From the NCBI GenBank assembly GCA_964353335.1, contig CAYGVI010000003.1:99308-123307 (forward strand): a DNA stretch of 24,000 nt, in the 5' to 3' direction. The stretch comes from an uncultured Methanosarcinales archaeon. GTDB lineage: Archaea > Nanobdellota > Nanobdellia > Woesearchaeales > ARS49. The notes below the pieces were generated by a model. It was not told where the DNA came from. It ran no database searches and was given only the letters and a program-made list of their open reading frames with translations. This document shows, piece by piece, positions 23,401 through 24,000 of the stretch (position 1 is the first letter of the stretch; each line of letters starts with the position of its first letter). The position numbers and the translations under genes are program-made.

Positions 23401-23748
23401 AAGGGCGCAAAGGAAGGCGACACAGTGAGCGTTTACTACATCGGCTCATTGCTTGACGGCAATGTGTTTGACAGCAGCATAAAGGACTGGAAGAAAAAAG
23501 GCATTGCTGCAAATTCCTCATTTGACGACAACGAACTCACAGGGCCATTGTCATTCAAGATAGGCGCAGGACAGGTTATTGAGGGCTTTGATGCAGCAGT
23601 TAGGGGAATGGACATTGGCGACGAGCAGATTGTGCAGATTCCGCCAAAGGCAGCATACGGCCTTGACCCCAAAGCCCACGCCCTCGGCAACCAGACCCTG
23701 AGATTCAAGATTAAGATGGTCCGCATAGATCCCGCCTCAGCCAATTAA
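20422..23748 (+). CDS. aglB: Archaeal oligosaccharyltransferase AglB (STT3 family) fused to a C-terminal FKBP-type peptidyl-prolyl isomerase domain
   Basis: 1108 aa. The multi-TM N-terminal half has an acidic loop motif (GHADTDAYNIFF). The WWDxG catalytic motif is INSWWDFGH (22363-22380). The last 117 aa (23395-23745) read KEGDTVSVYYIGSLLDGNVFDSS...LSFKIGAGQVIEGFDAAVRGMDIGDEQIVQIPPKAAYG...LRFKIKMVRI, a full FKBP signature. The frame is uninterrupted throughout. Confidence 0.9.
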   Translation: MPEDDELSVDFGKVGDWFKRKKKPEAEPTPEHQPSLLADKHAAVPHEQPKEHSEAKHTEKDDEISIDFSKIKSWFTKKEHSGKDEGKEDLGFDFSKPWAWIKAHPVLIILAVLLIMQFVPNRIDIGGKDWYMPWGGVSMRLRSESLPMTDGWAANHVTTLLKNQLVDAINKQYPNLPDERKQKLVNDEWDKVYKEQKAQIDPQITAVNQQIKEFWMYEADGVKYTYMPDIDPYTYLRYARNLLEKGTYADEVRDGTLIDNHMAAPLGGGVSRELQPYTLAVQYKILHIFSPKIDLMQAACYFPIIFILLSLIPAFFIGRRFAGMSGGIITATMVAILPSIIVRTGWGHADTDAYNIFFPLLLTWLYTLMIDADDTKKIIGLGALSGLVTGIYAFAWPGGWWYVFDFILAAFGILVISEIARNIKHRQKLIEIIKKRAILLITYLAVSGIFVSLFRSTTEFFNAPMAPLGFTIIKAAAHVSLWPNVYTTVAELNPTDLNGVIGSVGGWLFFWIAVAGMAMLLIKRSNNEWKFDLKYAPLFVLWFIATIYASLKGVRFTLLMAPAFTVVFGIAIGRIYNWLVRISIKDLHLNEIVAHALIIVMVVLMLSGQAKSAYNSSGSDIPIMNDAWWSTLTAIKADSKPDAIINSWWDFGHHFKYIADRAVTFDGASQNTPMAHWIGRTLATNNETEAVGILRMLDCGSYSAFDVINAQFNDPVKSVNLLREIIVVDRKSALAILAKEGVNEQEQLLKLTHCDPPEDYFIASGDMIGKSGVWSHFGFWDFEKAKLWTILKNQPEETAVQSMMNEWNYTREQAEQAYLDVQALGSEGDANAWISPWLGILGEAVDCSTQNDLIGCGNGFVINTSNNDARINTGQGVGKPKVVVQLTEKGGFSEIKFNDSNTAVGVLLYPTGPGAYKAVLGSPELLTSIFARLYFLEGHGLQHFTAFSQQRELTGGGIYTYKVNWAGNATKVFSGFEALKAAKEANTTEKKVEKGAKEGDTVSVYYIGSLLDGNVFDSSIKDWKKKGIAANSSFDDNELTGPLSFKIGAGQVIEGFDAAVRGMDIGDEQIVQIPPKAAYGLDPKAHALGNQTLRFKIKMVRIDPASAN

Positions 23749-23800
23749 TGAGATTTCTTATCCATAACCTTAATAAACCAATTGTGGCTCATTTCCGTCT

Positions 23801-24000
23801 ATGGGGAATAAGGTTTTTATCGTGATTGCAGCGTATAATGAGCAGAATTCTGTACCCCAAGTCATCAAGGAACTTCACAAGGCAGGATACAAGGATATTG
23901 TGGTTGTTGATGACGGCAGCAAGGACAAGACTTTCGATGCGGCATTGGATGCAGGCGCAACAGTCCTTCAGCACGTCGTGAACCGCGGACAGGGGGCTGC
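23801..24000 (+). CDS. Family 2 glycosyltransferase (dolichyl-phosphate sugar synthase-like), N-terminal fragment
   Basis: My translation is MGNKVFIVIAAYNEQNSVPQVIKELHKAGYKDIVVVDDGSKDKTFDAALDAGATVLQHVVNRGQGA. It carries the GT2 hallmarks (AYNE, VVDDGSxDxT, NrGqGaA). A TATA (TTAATAAA, 23770-23777) is centred 27.5 nt upstream. The frame runs off the window. Confidence 0.85.
   Translation, partial: MGNKVFIVIAAYNEQNSVPQVIKELHKAGYKDIVVVDDGSKDKTFDAALDAGATVLQHVVNRGQGA

Overview
The window looks archaeal, at roughly 48-50% GC in hand-counted samples. The evidence is A/T-rich TATA boxes centred 25-28 nt upstream of many start codons, an AglB/STT3 oligosaccharyltransferase, a geranylgeranyl reductase, a PGF-pre-PGF-like surface domain and a tRNA with no encoded CCA. 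A small-genome uncultivated (DPANN-like) lineage is my guess only. I support 24 CDSs, two of them cut by the window edges, and one tRNA-Trp(CCA). Left part (1-5968): histidine phosphatase, a hypothetical protein, a shrunken TtuA/NcsA-like protein lacking the PP-loop, a lipobox-bearing two-HKD phospholipase-D/Nuc-like protein, a divergent HslV/proteasome-beta-like protein with a coiled-coil tail, and an RBBP9/YdeN-type hydrolase. Middle (5958-11464): an operon of two paralogous lipoproteins plus an RHH protein, a Nudix-PolX-small ORF-DUF192 operon, then tRNA-Trp abutting a low-GC free-standing LAGLIDADG endonuclease gene. Right part (11561-24000): five co-directional envelope genes on the minus strand, followed by geranylgeranyl reductase, an AglB fused at its C-terminus to an FKBP PPIase domain, and the start of a GT2 glycosyltransferase. 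The five envelope genes are a membrane-anchored protein whose C-terminal domain has porin-like amphipathic beta-strands, a Tat lipoprotein, an acidic GF-repeat protein, an S-layer-like protein and an 823-aa mosaic multipass surface protein. The best novelty candidates are that envelope cluster (especially the tethered beta-barrel-like protein), the AglB-FKBP fusion, the HslV-like protein, and two structured non-coding regions (1635-1892 and 4918-5008). All homology calls come from reading motifs by eye, not from database searches.
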